DNA of 63,004 bases, counting the filler, from Octopus bimaculoides (lineage: Eukaryota), in the NCBI RefSeq assembly GCF_001194135.2. It is 5 parts of 5 records of this genome, joined end to end, with 100 filler letters (N's around TTAATTAATTAA, not from the genome) between each part and the next. Parts side by side here need not be neighbours in the genome. Positions count along the whole stretch, not along the records: positions 4,434 to 23,597 come from NC_068983.1; 4 more parts are not named here. One strand, 5' to 3'. The notes under the pieces are model-generated. The model searched no databases, was not told the DNA's origin, and saw only the letters and a program-made list of their open reading frames with translations. Both the position numbers and the translations under genes were made by a program. Of the stretch, positions 10,753 to 23,597 are shown piece by piece; positions within the stretch are counted from its first letter, which is position 1; every line of letters starts with the position of its first letter.

Positions 10753-11961
10753 CAGTATTTGTTCCAGCTCTACGCGTTCTGAGTTCAAATGCCGTAGAAG
10801 TTAATTTTGCATCATATCCTTACGGAATCGATAAAAATGTACCAATCTGGGATGGCGGAAAGGTATGAATATCATTTGTACCAGATCCTGGTCGGTATTT
10901 GATCTGGATTTTTGCATTCTGAGTTCAAATCCCGCAATGGCCTACTTGGCTGGTAGAGTTGGTTCGTCTCCCGTTATAACACCACCGCCTGCCATCTTAG
11001 GTACCTTTAGAGGAGATCTTTCTGTGACAAGCATTCGGATCAGGTCTCTGATATGAGGATAACTTCCTTCCTCTCACTCACCAGTCATGGAGGTCCCGTA
11101 CAAAAATTAATGGCTCTACTTCCCCTCATAATTAGAAGATAAAAGAAACGGTCAGCTGAGTAATAGAATCTATAAAGTGCAGAACCAAATGACTTGCGGT
11201 ATTTCATTTCGTCTCTTTACGTTTTCGATTCTGCCTGTCATTCTTTCGGAGTCGACAGCATGAGTGGGTCAATCAATATAATGTACTCAACTCAGCGCTG
11301 GTCGGGAATTCAAACCTCCAGTCAAGCTTCTCCAGTAAAAGCTTCTGCACAACAGAAAGCGTTGCGTTAATTGTTATGGTGGGTAAAAAGGAAAATAAAA
11401 ACTGAACTCTTTGATGTGTGTATGCATGTGTGTGTGTGCGTGTGCGTGTGTGTGTATGTGCGTGTTTTATCCGAGACTAGTGAATGGAGAGAGAGAGGGA
11501 GGAGGTATACTCAAAGTAGCAAGCTGGTTCGAACGCTTGTAATAGAGTAGACTCCACTGGAGACATCCAAGGATCAGGCAGGGCCTATAGAAGGGCGGTT
11601 CAGCCAGTATATTAACCGAGGGTCAGGAGATCCAAGCAAGGACCTGTGTATATCTACCGGTTCCTTCCTAAAAGAAAGAAAATAACGTAACAACTCTCTT
11701 AACTTTTGAGAGGTCAATGTCCCTTTCATAAAACCTTAAAACAGTCATGTTCCGTTTAGCAGAATTTCTCAGATATTCTTCGAAATTTCTCACAGTGATC
11801 ATGAGACCAGGTGGTGGTTGTGGACCGAGCGACGGATCAACAATTTCAAGGATAAATCCATTTTAAAATGTAATAGAGTTTTTCACTTATCTTGTTCATA
11901 GATTCACTATGCAAATTTAAAATTGCACATGGACTGTATATAACGCTTTGTAACATATTTT

Positions 11962-12056
11962 TACATTATTTACAGTTGACGTATATTTAACAAATATCCG
12001 TCAACTGTAGATAATGTAAATAATGTACATAATTCCTCATCTCTTAAATATAAAAC
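11962..12056. mobile_element. Short hairpin element flanked by 13-bp direct repeats
   Basis: TACATTATTTACAGTTGACG / CGTCAACTGTAGATAATGTA inverted repeat; TGTAACATATTTT at 11949-11961 and 12057-12069. Confidence 0.6.
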
Positions 12057-12875
12057 TGTAACATATTTTGTTGGGAAATTAATCCATGATACATTTCAAG
12101 TATGTACCAAATATACACCTACATTAATAACAGCTAAATAGTTATCTGTTGTTTTCTTTTTGTCTGAACTCCTACATACTATTCACTATAGTGATATATC
12201 TATTATTTATTGTGGTAATTTCTCTTCTCCCACGTACTATGTATACATACATGCATACATATATACACTCATATATAAACACCCACGCTCTCATACACGC
12301 ATATGAGAACAGAAATTTATATTAATGTTTCATTTTACCAACTATAACATAATTTAACAGAAATATTTACAATTCTCTTTCTCTTAACTCACCAGCTGCT
12401 ACGTTTTGCAAAAGGTTTTTCTTCTCTTTTTATACTCTTTGTCTTAATTTTTTCTCTCCATCCACTAGAAGATTAGCACATTAAAACAGAAAGCATTATA
12501 AATCCAATTCACCGTCGCAGCACTGAAAAAGAAATCGCTTCACCCGTTGCTTCAACTACCTTTGCACGGTAGCATTAATAAAAATATCACCGATTTATCA
12601 GTGACATCAGTTGTTTCCATGTTTCTAGTTACAAAAGTACTTGTATGACTTGATTTCCTTTGCCCTCGACAAATGGACTGCAGACTGCGAAATATAACTG
12701 CAAAATATAACTGCCAGCGGAAGTATCTGCAAATGTAACCGATCAATGAGCGATAAAAGACGTACAAAAAATAATTTATCCTGTACGGGTACTTGCCCCT
12801 GCTGGAATCCAGTCCGACAGACTTCAAGTTCGCCGATATGCCTGCAAATAAGTCGGATTCATTTGTTGGCTTTAG

Positions 12876-13142
12876 TGTTGTATTCCTCTCGGGGGTCTCG
12901 CAGAGAAAACAACGAGTTGTACTATTTAGTTATTACATTTATTTATTAACTATAAACAAAGAACTCACTCACCGAATTGTTAGTTATCAAGAAACAAGAA
13001 TGTTGTCCTCGCCATATATATCCCAATAACATTCAACCTCGACAGTCACTCAAAACAACAACGAAACAGGGACCTCAGACGAACTATATTGAAATATGGG
13101 ACTTCAGACGAACAACAAACAAATCTAACAGTCCATATAACA
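12876..13142 (-). mobile_element. Solo LTR
   Basis: TG...CA termini and exact 5-bp TSD TTTAG (12871-12875, 13143-13147). Confidence 0.85.
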
Positions 13143-15009
13143 TTTAGTATTCAGTATATGTGCAAATCCATGTGCAGAGCCTAGCCATTTTGGAAGACAC
13201 TATTGTCCGGCTTGGGAAGCAATTGAACCAGGTAACATACCGTGGTTTCTGTGCAGTTACCAATCGTGCAAGATTTTGCTGATTTTGTGCGTGTGCGTAC
13301 ATACACTCTCTATCGCTTTCAGTAACTGTCTCATCCCAATGTTGTTACTTCTTTTCTTCGACATTGCTATAGTTTCAACACCAAAACAGATCATCAGTTC
13401 CTCCAAAACAATCAACAAACGGTTTACGGATAAAGAATCTAGTAGTATTAGATAGGATACTTTCAGCAAATGTAACATGCATTGATGAGATACAAGTTGT
13501 CAGTGCAAGATCAGACGATCTCTCGTTTCCCAGGCCACCCGATTTTATTGGTAGGTTGGCCTATAATTGATTGTTTGAAGTTTAGTTTACTAGTGTATAA
13601 TGTGTTAAAAGCATTTTTCGTATCCACTTTGACCAAAATGTCCGTCGAGTTTCTCATTCATTCACATACAGTCTTACAGCTTGAACCAGGGACGTAGCCA
13701 GGACGTAGAGTTAGGGGGAGTGAGCACAAATGCCAAACGGGTTTTAATTCATTGATAACACATTTTATAAAAGGCGCCAATTTGAAAAAATGTGCTTACG
13801 AGGAGCGGTCGCTCCTCTTGTTCCCCTATTAGCGACTTCATAGACATGAACGGCAGCATCGCACCCACATTCACAGGTCAAATCCAGCTGATTCGATTGA
13901 AATTTAGGTTTGACGCTTTGAATTGCGATTAAGGACGTCAGTCGTCAGGCACCGTTATCTACGGATACGGGTTTTCATCTATCATCTTTTTTTCGCAATG
14001 CATCACGTGCGGAGGATCTTGTTAGCGGGTAAAGACTCACAAGTTGGTATAGATGTCAAACGTTTAGTACCTAATTCATCACATTGACTATGGACCATGT
14101 CTTTTACTTTTGCCTGGGAATTTAGTTTCTGAACACTACCGTCGATTTACATTTCTCTCTGATAAATTTGTCTTTATATCAGCTAAGAAATCATTAAATG
14201 GGCGTTTACTGTTTTCTTTATTGTGTTTCTTTTACCTTGTTGTACCTGCTTAAGAGACAGTAACTGAATAAATAAGGTATAGCTCATCATGAATTACACG
14301 AATAGCAGTATATATATGTATATGAATAGTATGAATAGCATGAATAGCTGTGTGTACATACACGCGCGCGCGCAAACGTGATCTATGTTTAATAGTCTAC
14401 TTTACTGTGACCCAGAAATATCTGATCCATCCACCAACTCGTTGCACTCATCTCATGAATTATGTTAGAAACGCCTTGACAGCATTATGAAAGGAACAGG
14501 CCATTTACTTTTCTTCATATAATAGAAGATATATGTTAGTAAGGATTAACTTGTGTGTGCCTGCAATTCATTATTTAATTATTAGCACTAGTTCGTGGTA
14601 GAATGCTTGATATAATTCTAGTAAATAAAATGTTTATTTATTTATTATTTATTTATTGTTCGTCAGAATATGAAGAAAACTTTGCGAGGAAGATGTTTCA
14701 AACTTTTCAGTAAATGTGTTTGTAAGCAGCTGATCATTTACGTAATGATTAACACGGAATGTGTTGAGAAGAAATCATAACTGGCTAGGGTATTGTCAAC
14801 AACTCTTGATAAGAAGTTAATTTGCTCAAGTCTGATAACTAATTATCTACAGAGCTTCTTCTATAATCTAAAATATTTCTTTATTATTCTCTCCCCACTT
14901 GATCATGTGAGATTGTTGCTACACAGCATGATCACAAGTACGTTTACCAGGGATTGTGTTTCATTACTTACCTGTTATCGACAGCCAATGCTTTGGTAAA
15001 CCGTGGTTA

Positions 15010-15208
15010 CTCTCTTTTACTTGTTTCAGTCATTTGACTGCGGCCATGCTGGAGCACCGCCTTTAGTCGAGCAAATCGACCGCAGGACTTATTCTTTGTA
15101 AGCCTAGTACTTATTCTATCGGTCTCTTATTGCCGAACCGCTAAGTTACGGGGACGCAAACACCAGCATCGGTTGTCAAGCGATGGTGGGGGGGGACAAA
15201 CACACACA

Positions 15209-15240
<32 letters not shown>
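15010..15240 (-). mobile_element. SINE family B, 3' half, broken by a gap at its (CA)n
   Basis: Near-identical to reverse complement of 4750-4950. Confidence 0.9.
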
Positions 15241-16214
15241 NNNNNNNNNNNNNNNNNNNNNNNNNNNNNNNNNNNNNNNNNNNNNNNNNNNNNNNNNNNN
15301 NNNNNNNNNNNNNNNNNNNNNNNNNNNNNNNNNNNNNNNNNNNNNNNNNNNNNNNNNNNNNNNNNNNNNNNNNNNNNNNNNNNNNNNNNNNNNNNNNNNN
15401 NNNNNNNNNNNNNNNNNNNNNNNNNNNNNNNNNNNNNNNNNNNNNNNNNNNNNNNNNNNNNNNNNNNNNNNNNNNNNNNNNNNNNNNNNNNNNNNNNNNN
15501 NNNNNNNNNNNNNNNNNNNNNNNNNNNNNNNNNNNNNNNNNNNNNNNNNNNNNNNNNCCACACAGCCACTCAGTAAATAAACTAATACATTCGTGAGACA
15601 AGTGTAATAATTGACCAACAGACTTTCGAAATAACTATCACTTCCTCATGGAGAAAAGTACCAGTAAAAATTTATCGGAGCAGGGCACAGAACTGGAGGG
15701 TAAAAGTGTAAAAAAAAGAAAAATGCTTTGGACAAAAATTTCTTTTGGGGGAGGAAACGAACACTCAGTTCCTTGCAACTTTCCCCTTCTGAAACTCCGC
15801 TGATCAACTGTTAATATACTTCTCATTGTTGTTATACTTTGTTTTGTTGATCCTTTCGTAATTAAAAAAAAAAAGAATTGGTTGTCGATAATAGAAAAGT
15901 GCCGATCAATCTTTATTTTGAGGTTGTAATGGTATTTCTATTGATCGTTGTTCTATTAAACAAGATTAAACGTACCTTTTTATTTGTTTCAGTCAAGGTG
16001 GTGACCATGCTGGGGCATCATAATTAAAAGTTTACTCTGATGGAATTTGAACTCAGATCGCCCGAACGATTGCCTCAAAGCAATCTATCCGGTGATCTAA
16101 CGAATCTGCCAGTTGGCCACCTTGCATGTTTAAGACTTTCTTTTCAATTTTCTTTTTTTTTTCTTTTTGCGTGCGTGTGCATTTATTTTACCATTAAAGT
16201 TTACGTCTATTAGT

Positions 16215-16390
16215 CAAGACAACCTGCTAGAAATAGCAGCAAGTTTCACTTAAATCACATCCCACTAACTTAGCTAAGAAGAAGGCCACATTGGATAATC
16301 TAGTCCTCAATAAACTACGATGGAGTAAAAGACAGTCGTGGCTGGAATGCCTTAATCAGAGGTCTACTCTATCAGATATGGAGTTAAACA
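16215..16390 (+). mobile_element. Old interspersed repeat family F (further degenerate copies near 36.1, 36.8, 37.1, 51.2, 51.8 kb)
   Basis: CTGCTAGAAATAGCAGC..AAATCACA..CACATTGGATAAT..GGCTGGAATGCC recurs in degenerate form. Confidence 0.5.
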
Positions 16391-18067
16391 GCAATAAGAA
16401 CTTCCCTTAACTTTATTTATAAATAAATCACTACACGAATAAGCTTTAATATTGTATAGAAATATTCTTCATCATTTCAACAACGTAACCAATGTGACAA
16501 AGTCATCATTAATCAAATGTGTTTTAGCCTCTGGGCATTTCTGTTTTTTCTACTACAAGTGTACATTATTGCGCACTTACGTAATAATTCTCTTGTAGTA
16601 ACGCCGTGCGCATGCGTGGAATTAAACAAGCAAGCGTTTCCCGCTCAATTCATTCTCTTTCTCGCTGGCCAGCGATTGAGCACGGACGTATTTTAAGCTG
16701 TCTCTCTACATCTTTCGGACTTACACTCGACAGCTCGCTCACAACTACAGAACAACGTCCCAACAACTATGCTCATACACACAGAAGCTGTAACAACAAG
16801 AACTAAAGATTTGTACGTTTACCACCTAAATAAAGTGTTGTTTAAGTTGATAGTTTGGAGTTCAGCGTTCCGTTATATTCTAAGTTTATAGTAGGAAAGT
16901 CAGGTATACAATCTAAAGATGTATAACCAACTTTCTACTATACTCTCATCATTACTTTGTAAATTGTTTATTTCGCTGTGGAAATCTTATAAGACCAAAG
17001 CATATTAAAGTTCTCTTCCGTATTTTTCGAAAGGCTGAAAATACCATTAGTCAAGAACAAACACCTTTTGCTTTTCCGGTTTTTTTTTTTTTTTGTCTCA
17101 TCGTATAATTTTTTTCTAGTAGCTATTTAATGCTCACTTGATTAAATATGTTAATATTAACTAACAATATAACTAAAAATAAATGGTATTCAGAGTCATA
17201 TCCGCATGCATTTAGACTCGCTGTAAAATTAAGCTGAATAATTTATTCAATTATAAACAGGATATGTGAAGCAGACTGAATAAGAAACGTAGCAAAAACA
17301 AACAAGTTAAAAAAAAAACAAAATACGAGATGGAAACAGAGACGTACGTAGAGAGAGCGAAGTAGGCAGGGAGAATGTGCCGAAGATACTGAAGGAGTGC
17401 GATAATGCTGCTATGGAAGAACTGTAATAAAGCTATTGTCATATGTGATTAGATATTTTACTGTCTGGGAAGGTAGAGAGAGAGAGAGAGCAGGGAATTC
17501 CAAGCAATAAAGGTAGCTATTAGTAAGCCTAGTGATTACTAAATTGTGTCAACGTGTGTTGAGGGTCACGTGTACTGACAGCACAACCTGCAATAGGATT
17601 TATTATTTCTAGACACGCCGGGAATGCCATTCTTCATTGCCCGGTACGTTTTTCTTGTGCTTGCTATACGAACTTATTTTGTGCTTTCTACTTCTACAGT
17701 TTATTTGGTGAGCAATATTTTTATATTAGTTTTTCACACATGGGCGCAGATATGACTGTGTGATTAAGAAACTCGCTTTGTAACCACATGGTTTTGAGTT
17801 CACTGTCCTACTGTACGGCCAACCAATACCCCAGGCCAACCAATGCTTTATGAGGGAATTTGGTAGACGAATGCTATGTTTCCGTCGTATATATATATAT
17901 ATATATATATAGTGTGTGTGTGTGTATAATTGCTTAGGCATTGCGATGCTAATAATTGGGGCTAGAACTCAATATACATATGCTTCAGTACGAAGTGTCA
18001 GTCAAGTACAGTGGTAATAAGAAAATCGAATGAGAAAGGAATAAACAATTATGTTATGAATTTCATT

Positions 18068-18148
18068 AGCTTACAGCTGTTTCTGCTACAAATTGCAATA
18101 CACTCATAGTTGGGTGCTTGAATACCACTCTATAGCTTTATCGGAGCT
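18068..18148 (-). ncRNA. Hammerhead-like motif (type I minimal, degenerate core CCGAUAA)
   Basis: AGCU-CCGAUAA-A-GCUA...UAGC-A-GAAACAGCUGUA-AGCU; palindromic stem III ACAGCUGU. Confidence 0.45.
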
Positions 18149-18204
18149 TCAAACATGAAGTGTAATTTATTTAGGAAAAACATTTGCATTTATGTGTGTG
18201 TGTT

Positions 18205-18563
18205 GGCACTCTGTCGCTTACGACGTCGAGGGTTCCAGTCGATCCGATCAACGGAACAGCCTGCTCGTGAAATTAACGTGCAAGTGGCTGAGCACTCCAC
18301 AGATATGTGTACCCTTAATGTAGTTCTCGGGGATATTCAGCGTAACAAGGCTGGCCCTTTGAATTACAGGCACAACAGAAACAGGAAGTAAGAGTGAGAG
18401 AAAGTTGTGGTGAAAGAGTACAGCAGGGTTCGCCAACATCCCCTGCCGGAGCCTTGTGGAGCTTTAGGTGTTTTCGCTCAATAAACACTCACAACGCCCG
18501 GTCTGGGAATCGAAACCGCGATCCTATGACCGCGAGTCCGCTGCCCTAGCCACTGCGCCTCCA
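18205..18563 (-). mobile_element. SINE family C (tRNA-headed), near full length
   Basis: Minus-strand head GGAGGCGCAGTGGCTAGGGCAGCGGACTCGCGG..GGTTTCGATTCCCAGACC with A/B boxes; body homologous to 40850-40995. Confidence 0.85.
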
Positions 18564-18869
18564 CTTGCATTTATGTATATACATGGAAAAGCAAACACAT
18601 ATGTAGGAAATAAAATTCAGTCTATTATATATGTGTGTGAGCGCCTAGAAACAACATACATTATTGCAGAGGATTCGTAAACACAGTCTTTGGTAACGAA
18701 TTTATATTTGTAATAAATAATGGGCTTTTCATTGTATTTGTTTTTCTTTTCGTTTTGTTTTTAAACAATAGGAACTTGCAATTTCAGAGACTATAGGCAA
18801 TAATGACGAAGACCTTGATGTTCAAGAGTTTTAATTTTTTTTTTCAACTCCAGCTCTTATTTATAAGTA

Positions 18870-19175
18870 CCAGACTTATTTATTTTTTAAAGTCTGCTAC
18901 TTATTCTATCAGTGCCTTTTGCCTAACAGCTAAGTTACGGGGACGTGAGCAAGCGAACACTAATTGTCCAGCGGTTTTGGTGGTGGGGACAAATACAAAC
19001 AAAAAGACAGACACATATATACATATAAACGACAGGATTCCATCCACCAAATTCCATCGAATCACAAGGCATTGGGCTATGGTAGAAGACACTTGCCCAA
19101 GATGCCGTGCAGTGATACTGAACCCAAAACCACGTGGCAAAGCCTTCCTCTTAACCACCCAACCATGCCTGCGCC
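18870..19175 (-). mobile_element. SINE family B
   Basis: CTAAGTTACGGGGACGTG..GAAGACACTTGCCCAAG..ACTGAACCC. Confidence 0.8.
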
Positions 19176-19474
19176 TATCATATTACATTCTCTGAGAATA
19201 TTCCACTTTCAGCTTCTCAATGATACTGATAGTTTCGTGCAAGAGGTGATTATTCAAAAGTATGAAATCAGACATGGACAGGAGTGAAGAAGGAGATGGC
19301 GTGGCGTTGCTGGTTCTTATAAAACAATCTTTAGTTATCAAATTATTCTTTCAATGTTAAAACTATAGAAACACAAACTAATTTGCACACGACGGAGTGA
19401 TCTGAATCCAAAATAGTCAAATTTCTTTAACCACAATAACTTATTTACAGCTGGTGTTTAACTGTGGTGTAAGC

Positions 19475-20518
19475 CAATGCTTCTCAAACTATCTGATGTG
19501 GCGTACCGGCAGTTTTTTTCCCCCAATGTGGCAGGAACCGGTAATATTTCTTAGTAGTATTAATTTATACCGAAAACAATATATATAATGAACTAGCAGA
19601 AATACCCGGCTTTGCCCGGGTTAAAGAGAATAATGAAATCTAAAAACGCCGTCTAGACTACGCAACCCTCAACTGTTAGTAGCTACGATACCATATTTCT
19701 ACATTAATAACTCTCCAATCCATGCCAGCATGGAACATAGACATTAAGTGGAATGCCAGTCTCTCATCTAGGAGGGTCTTGAAATCAATGTTACCAACTG
19801 GGGACTATGTGTGTCGCAGTGATAATAAAAAGACCCAAAGGAGGTCTGCAACGAAATAATTTTACTCAACACTTTGCAAGTGAATCAGTGGAGGCAAAGA
19901 TGCGTCTCATTTACTTGACAATTTATGCACCANNNNNNNNNNNNNNNNNNNNNNNNNNNNNNNNNNNNNNNNNNNNNNNNNNNNNNNNNNNNNNNNNNNN
20001 NNNNNNNNNNNNNNNNNNNNNNNNNNNNNNNNNNNNNNNNNNNNNNNNNNNNNNNNNNNNNNNNNNNNNNNNNNNNNNNNNNNNNNNNNNNNNNNNNNNN
20101 NNNNNNNNNNNNNNNNNNNNNNNNNNNNNNNNNNNNNNNNNNNNNNNNNNNNNNNNNNNNNNNNNNNNNNNNNNNNNNNNNNNNNNNNNNNNNNNNNNNN
20201 NNNNNNNNNNNNNNNNNNNNNNNNNNNNNNNNNNNNNNNNNNNNNNNNNNNNNNNNNNNNNNNNNNNNNNNNNNNNNNNNNNNNNNNNNNNNNNNNNNNN
20301 NNNNNNNNNNNNNNNNNNNNNNNNNNNNNNNNNNNNNNNNNNNNNNNNNNNNNNNNNNNNNNNNNNNNNNNNNNNNNNNNNNNNNNNNNNNNNNNNNNNN
20401 NNNNNNNNNNNNNNNNNNNNNNNNNNNNNNNNNNNNNNNNNNNNNNNNNNNNNNNNNNNNNNNNNNNNNNNNTATACATCTATATGTATACATATACATC
20501 TCTCTTTCTCTCTTTCTC

Positions 20519-20549
<31 letters not shown>

Positions 20550-20857
20550 CTCTGAAAGTATCTGTCATTACAGTATCAAAATGTGATTGTTTCAGTTAGT
20601 AGAATAGTTTCATTTTTAAAGTGAAAGTATTTGACATGAGTGTTTTTGTTTCACTTTTGACACGTAATACTTAAATAGTGGAGGAGATATTATGTTGCCG
20701 TGGGCTCGAACTCTGCAAGAAGTTAAAATTTTTTTTGACTAAAACACAACTGGAACCCTAAGTAAGGCATCTGTAAAATTTGAATGACAGACACACATTC
20801 TCATTTTTATACCGTGTACCGGCAGCTGATGGTGAACCACCACTTTGAGTAGCACTG
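19475..20857. mobile_element. hAT-type MITE carrying a nested Helitron insertion
   Basis: TIRs CAATGCTTCTCAAA / TTTGAGTAGCACTG; exact 8-bp TSD GTGTAAGC (19467-19474, 20858-20865). Confidence 0.85.
19593..19932 (-). mobile_element. Non-autonomous Helitron 3' end (5' end in or beyond gap)
   Basis: Minus strand CCCGGGCAAAGCCGGG hairpin, then CTAG terminus followed by T. Confidence 0.7.
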
Positions 20858-21101
20858 GTGTAAGCGAATATAAGATAATTTTCCTATGGATAGTAGGTAC
20901 ACTTACTTGTCTCTCGTATTTTGATATGTATTTTAAGGGGTCGGGGAACACTAGCTGATCAACAGGCAAATACTTATTATTAACACATTTTAGCCGCTTA
21001 CTCATTACAGAATCGTATACCCCTGATGTATTATCTCTACATTAACAATGCTAGTCCTCCAAACTTGTTTACTGTACATCACTTCTATTGGTGATGTACT
21101 G

Positions 21102-21155
21102 TGGAACGCTTCACGATTTTGCATGTCATCCTTGCGCAGGGACCATGGTAATCTC
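21102..21155 (-). pseudogene. U6: U6 snRNA 3'-half fragment
   Basis: GATTACCATGGTCCCTGCGCAAGGATGACATGCAAAATCGTGAAGCGTTCCA matches the U6 3' region as I recall it at 48/52; intact ACAGAGA box and oligo-U absent. Confidence 0.85.
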
Positions 21156-21414
21156 TTATTTGATCCATTCGTCATCCGTTCTCGTAAAATTTGGTTGTAA
21201 ATAAACCATTATTTCTCACCGTCGTTTCCTTTGTAGAAATGTTTTATCTCTGGATAAATCTCAATACCTATATTTCCCCTAACCACGATTTTCAGTTCAA
21301 ACTAAAACATCTAGATTGTTCCTATTTCCCCAGTCTAAGAAGATTAAAAAAAAAAAAAAAAAGATTCTCTCCTCAGTTGCAATCAAAATAAAATCGACAA
21401 TCACCTCTGAAATT

Positions 21415-21630
21415 AAGGCGGCGAGTTGGCAGAGCGTTACCGCGCCGTGAAAAATGCTTAGCGGCATTTCTTCCGACTTTACGTTTTGAGTTCAAATGCC
21501 GCCGGGGTCGACTTTGCCAGTCATCCTTTCAGGGTCGATAAAATAAGTACCAGTTGAATACTGGAGTTTTGAGGAAATCAACTTATCTCCTCCCTCGAAC
21601 TCGCTGGTCTTGTGCCAAAATTTGAAACTG
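21415..21630 (+). mobile_element. SINE family A, full length
   Basis: AAGGCGGCGAGTTGGCAGAG..GAGTTCAAATGCC..GGGTCGATAAAATAAGTACCAG. Confidence 0.9.
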
Positions 21631-21844
21631 ATTATTATCTCTGAAATTTCAAGCTCCTATTGTGTAAACACAAAACAAAAACAATAAAATGCCCGTTATG
21701 TATTACAAATATCAATTCATTACCAAAGTCTGTGTTTACAGATCCATTCAGTCTACAGCTCTTGCAATAATGTATGTTGTTTCCAGGCATTTTTTTAATT
21801 GTGGAAAGATTTCATAAAATATAATCAGTTATTTTTATCAGCCA

Positions 21845-22045
21845 CAAGGCAACGAGCTGGCAGGATCGTTTGCACCCCGGACAAAATTCTTAGCGGCATT
21901 TCATCTAGCTTTACGTTCTCACTTCAAATTCTGCCGACGCTGACTGCTTTTCCTTCCATCATACCGGCTCGATAAAATATGTATTAGTTGAACTTTGAAA
22001 GCGATGTAATTGACAGGCCACCACCCACCAAAACTTTAGGCCTTA
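21845..22045 (+). mobile_element. SINE family A, diverged
   Basis: AAGGCAACGAGCTGGCAGG..CTTAGCGGCATTT..TCGATAAAATATGTA. Confidence 0.75.
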
Positions 22046-23360
22046 TACATGCAGCGGACAATTACTTTTGTGTGTCAGGAAAATATTATAAGTGATAAGT
22101 ATCGACCATCTCAACCACCCACAGGAAACATGAATAAAAATAAATGGCCTTGCTCAAAGGGACAAGGGGATGTATACAATTGGATATCAACTTTTATTTC
22201 AAGAACTAGCACTATTCAGCTCCAGCCACTAGACTATCTTGGCCTTTCTTTTATTGGCTTATAGTAGAAACATTTATATTTTCATAGATTTATAGAAACT
22301 CTATTGCTGTTTTAATTAATTTCTTTTTTTTTTTTGTAACGTTCTTTCTCCGTTAACATGTGTGAAAAAAAATGGCAAGATGAAACATGCCGAGAGTCTA
22401 TTTCTCACAAATGCTGTTCGTTAATTATATGTTATTTCTCGATACATTCAATTGCCGTTAGTTGATAATGTTAGGGCTTCTATCAACTTATTGTAAAGAC
22501 TTTTAGAACCAGAGCCTGAAATAATAATAAAAAAACAAATACAAGAAATAAATCTTGTACGTTGAATTTGCGGCAGGGGATTGATATAACCAGAGAAATA
22601 TTTTGCCATAATCGATTCTGGGAAAAAAATTATATCTGTCATCCTTTGAGCTGTCTTTGTAGCTATACTGTTTCAAAGTAAGACTGAGAAAAAAATATTT
22701 TAAAATCTTATTACAGTATAATATGGCATAAATGTGTTTCTCGTGTTTTGTTGACTGAGTATACAAGTTGTGTTGTGAGATTTTATCAATGATTTTATTG
22801 ATTACAGTCAAAAATGTTCAGTGCAAACGCCTCAGTTCAACGTCTTTCATTCTCCATATCACGGCTAGGTCTGGTTCGATAAACTCGGTTAAAGTATATT
22901 ATTACCCAAAAATTATTTTCCCAGTAAGTTACCTTTCTAACGCACAGTTTATCCAATTTATCGCCTACGCCTAACACCTGATAATATGCAGTTTACGGTC
23001 GTTAATAAATAAATAAATAAATAAAAGTAAATTGTCCTAAAAAAAAAGTCTAAGTAAATTGCGACAGAAACCGGAAGTGATGATAGTATCACACCAAAAT
23101 TTCATGAAGAACATCAAAGACTCCCTCATAATGCCATGTTCATATATATAGTACCTACGAGTGTTATGTTAAGCATTTCAGGAGTAGCAGCTGAGGTACA
23201 CTGTTCCACTGTACTTATATCCAGCAACAAATATCGCTGAGAAGTCTGTTTCCACCATATATAAAATATATGTACGGTTTTCATGTTACGTTAAATATAT
23301 GTTCGTTCTACACATAGGTTATGTCACATGCGTTGTTTACACGAAATCATGGAATATCAC

Positions 23361-23597
23361 TGTTGTATTTCCCTCGGAAGACTCGCAGAGATAACACAAC
23401 GAGTTGTATAATTTAATTATTACATTTATTATTCAATTACATACAAAGAACGCACTCACCCAATGTTCGTTGTGTTAATAAACAAAAGTCATGTCCGCCA
23501 CCTATATCAATGACCTTTTACTACTGCAGTCACACAAGACAACAACAATGAAACAATGAACTCAGACGAACCACAGTGACACACGAATTACATATCA
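23361..23597 (-). mobile_element. LTR, truncated by gap (same family as 4028-4293)
   Basis: TGTTGTATTTCCCTCGG start; close match to the 4028 copy. Confidence 0.8.

Noticed and set aside
13158-13230. CANPCAEPSHFGRHYCPAW, gag zinc-knuckle-like peptide
   Set aside because: Spacing departs from CX2CX4HX4C and there is no supporting gag or pol context.
16520-16910. GC-richer segment with AATAAA ending in ..TATACA, possible solo LTR
   Set aside because: No convincing 5' TG boundary with matching TSD and no second copy in the window.
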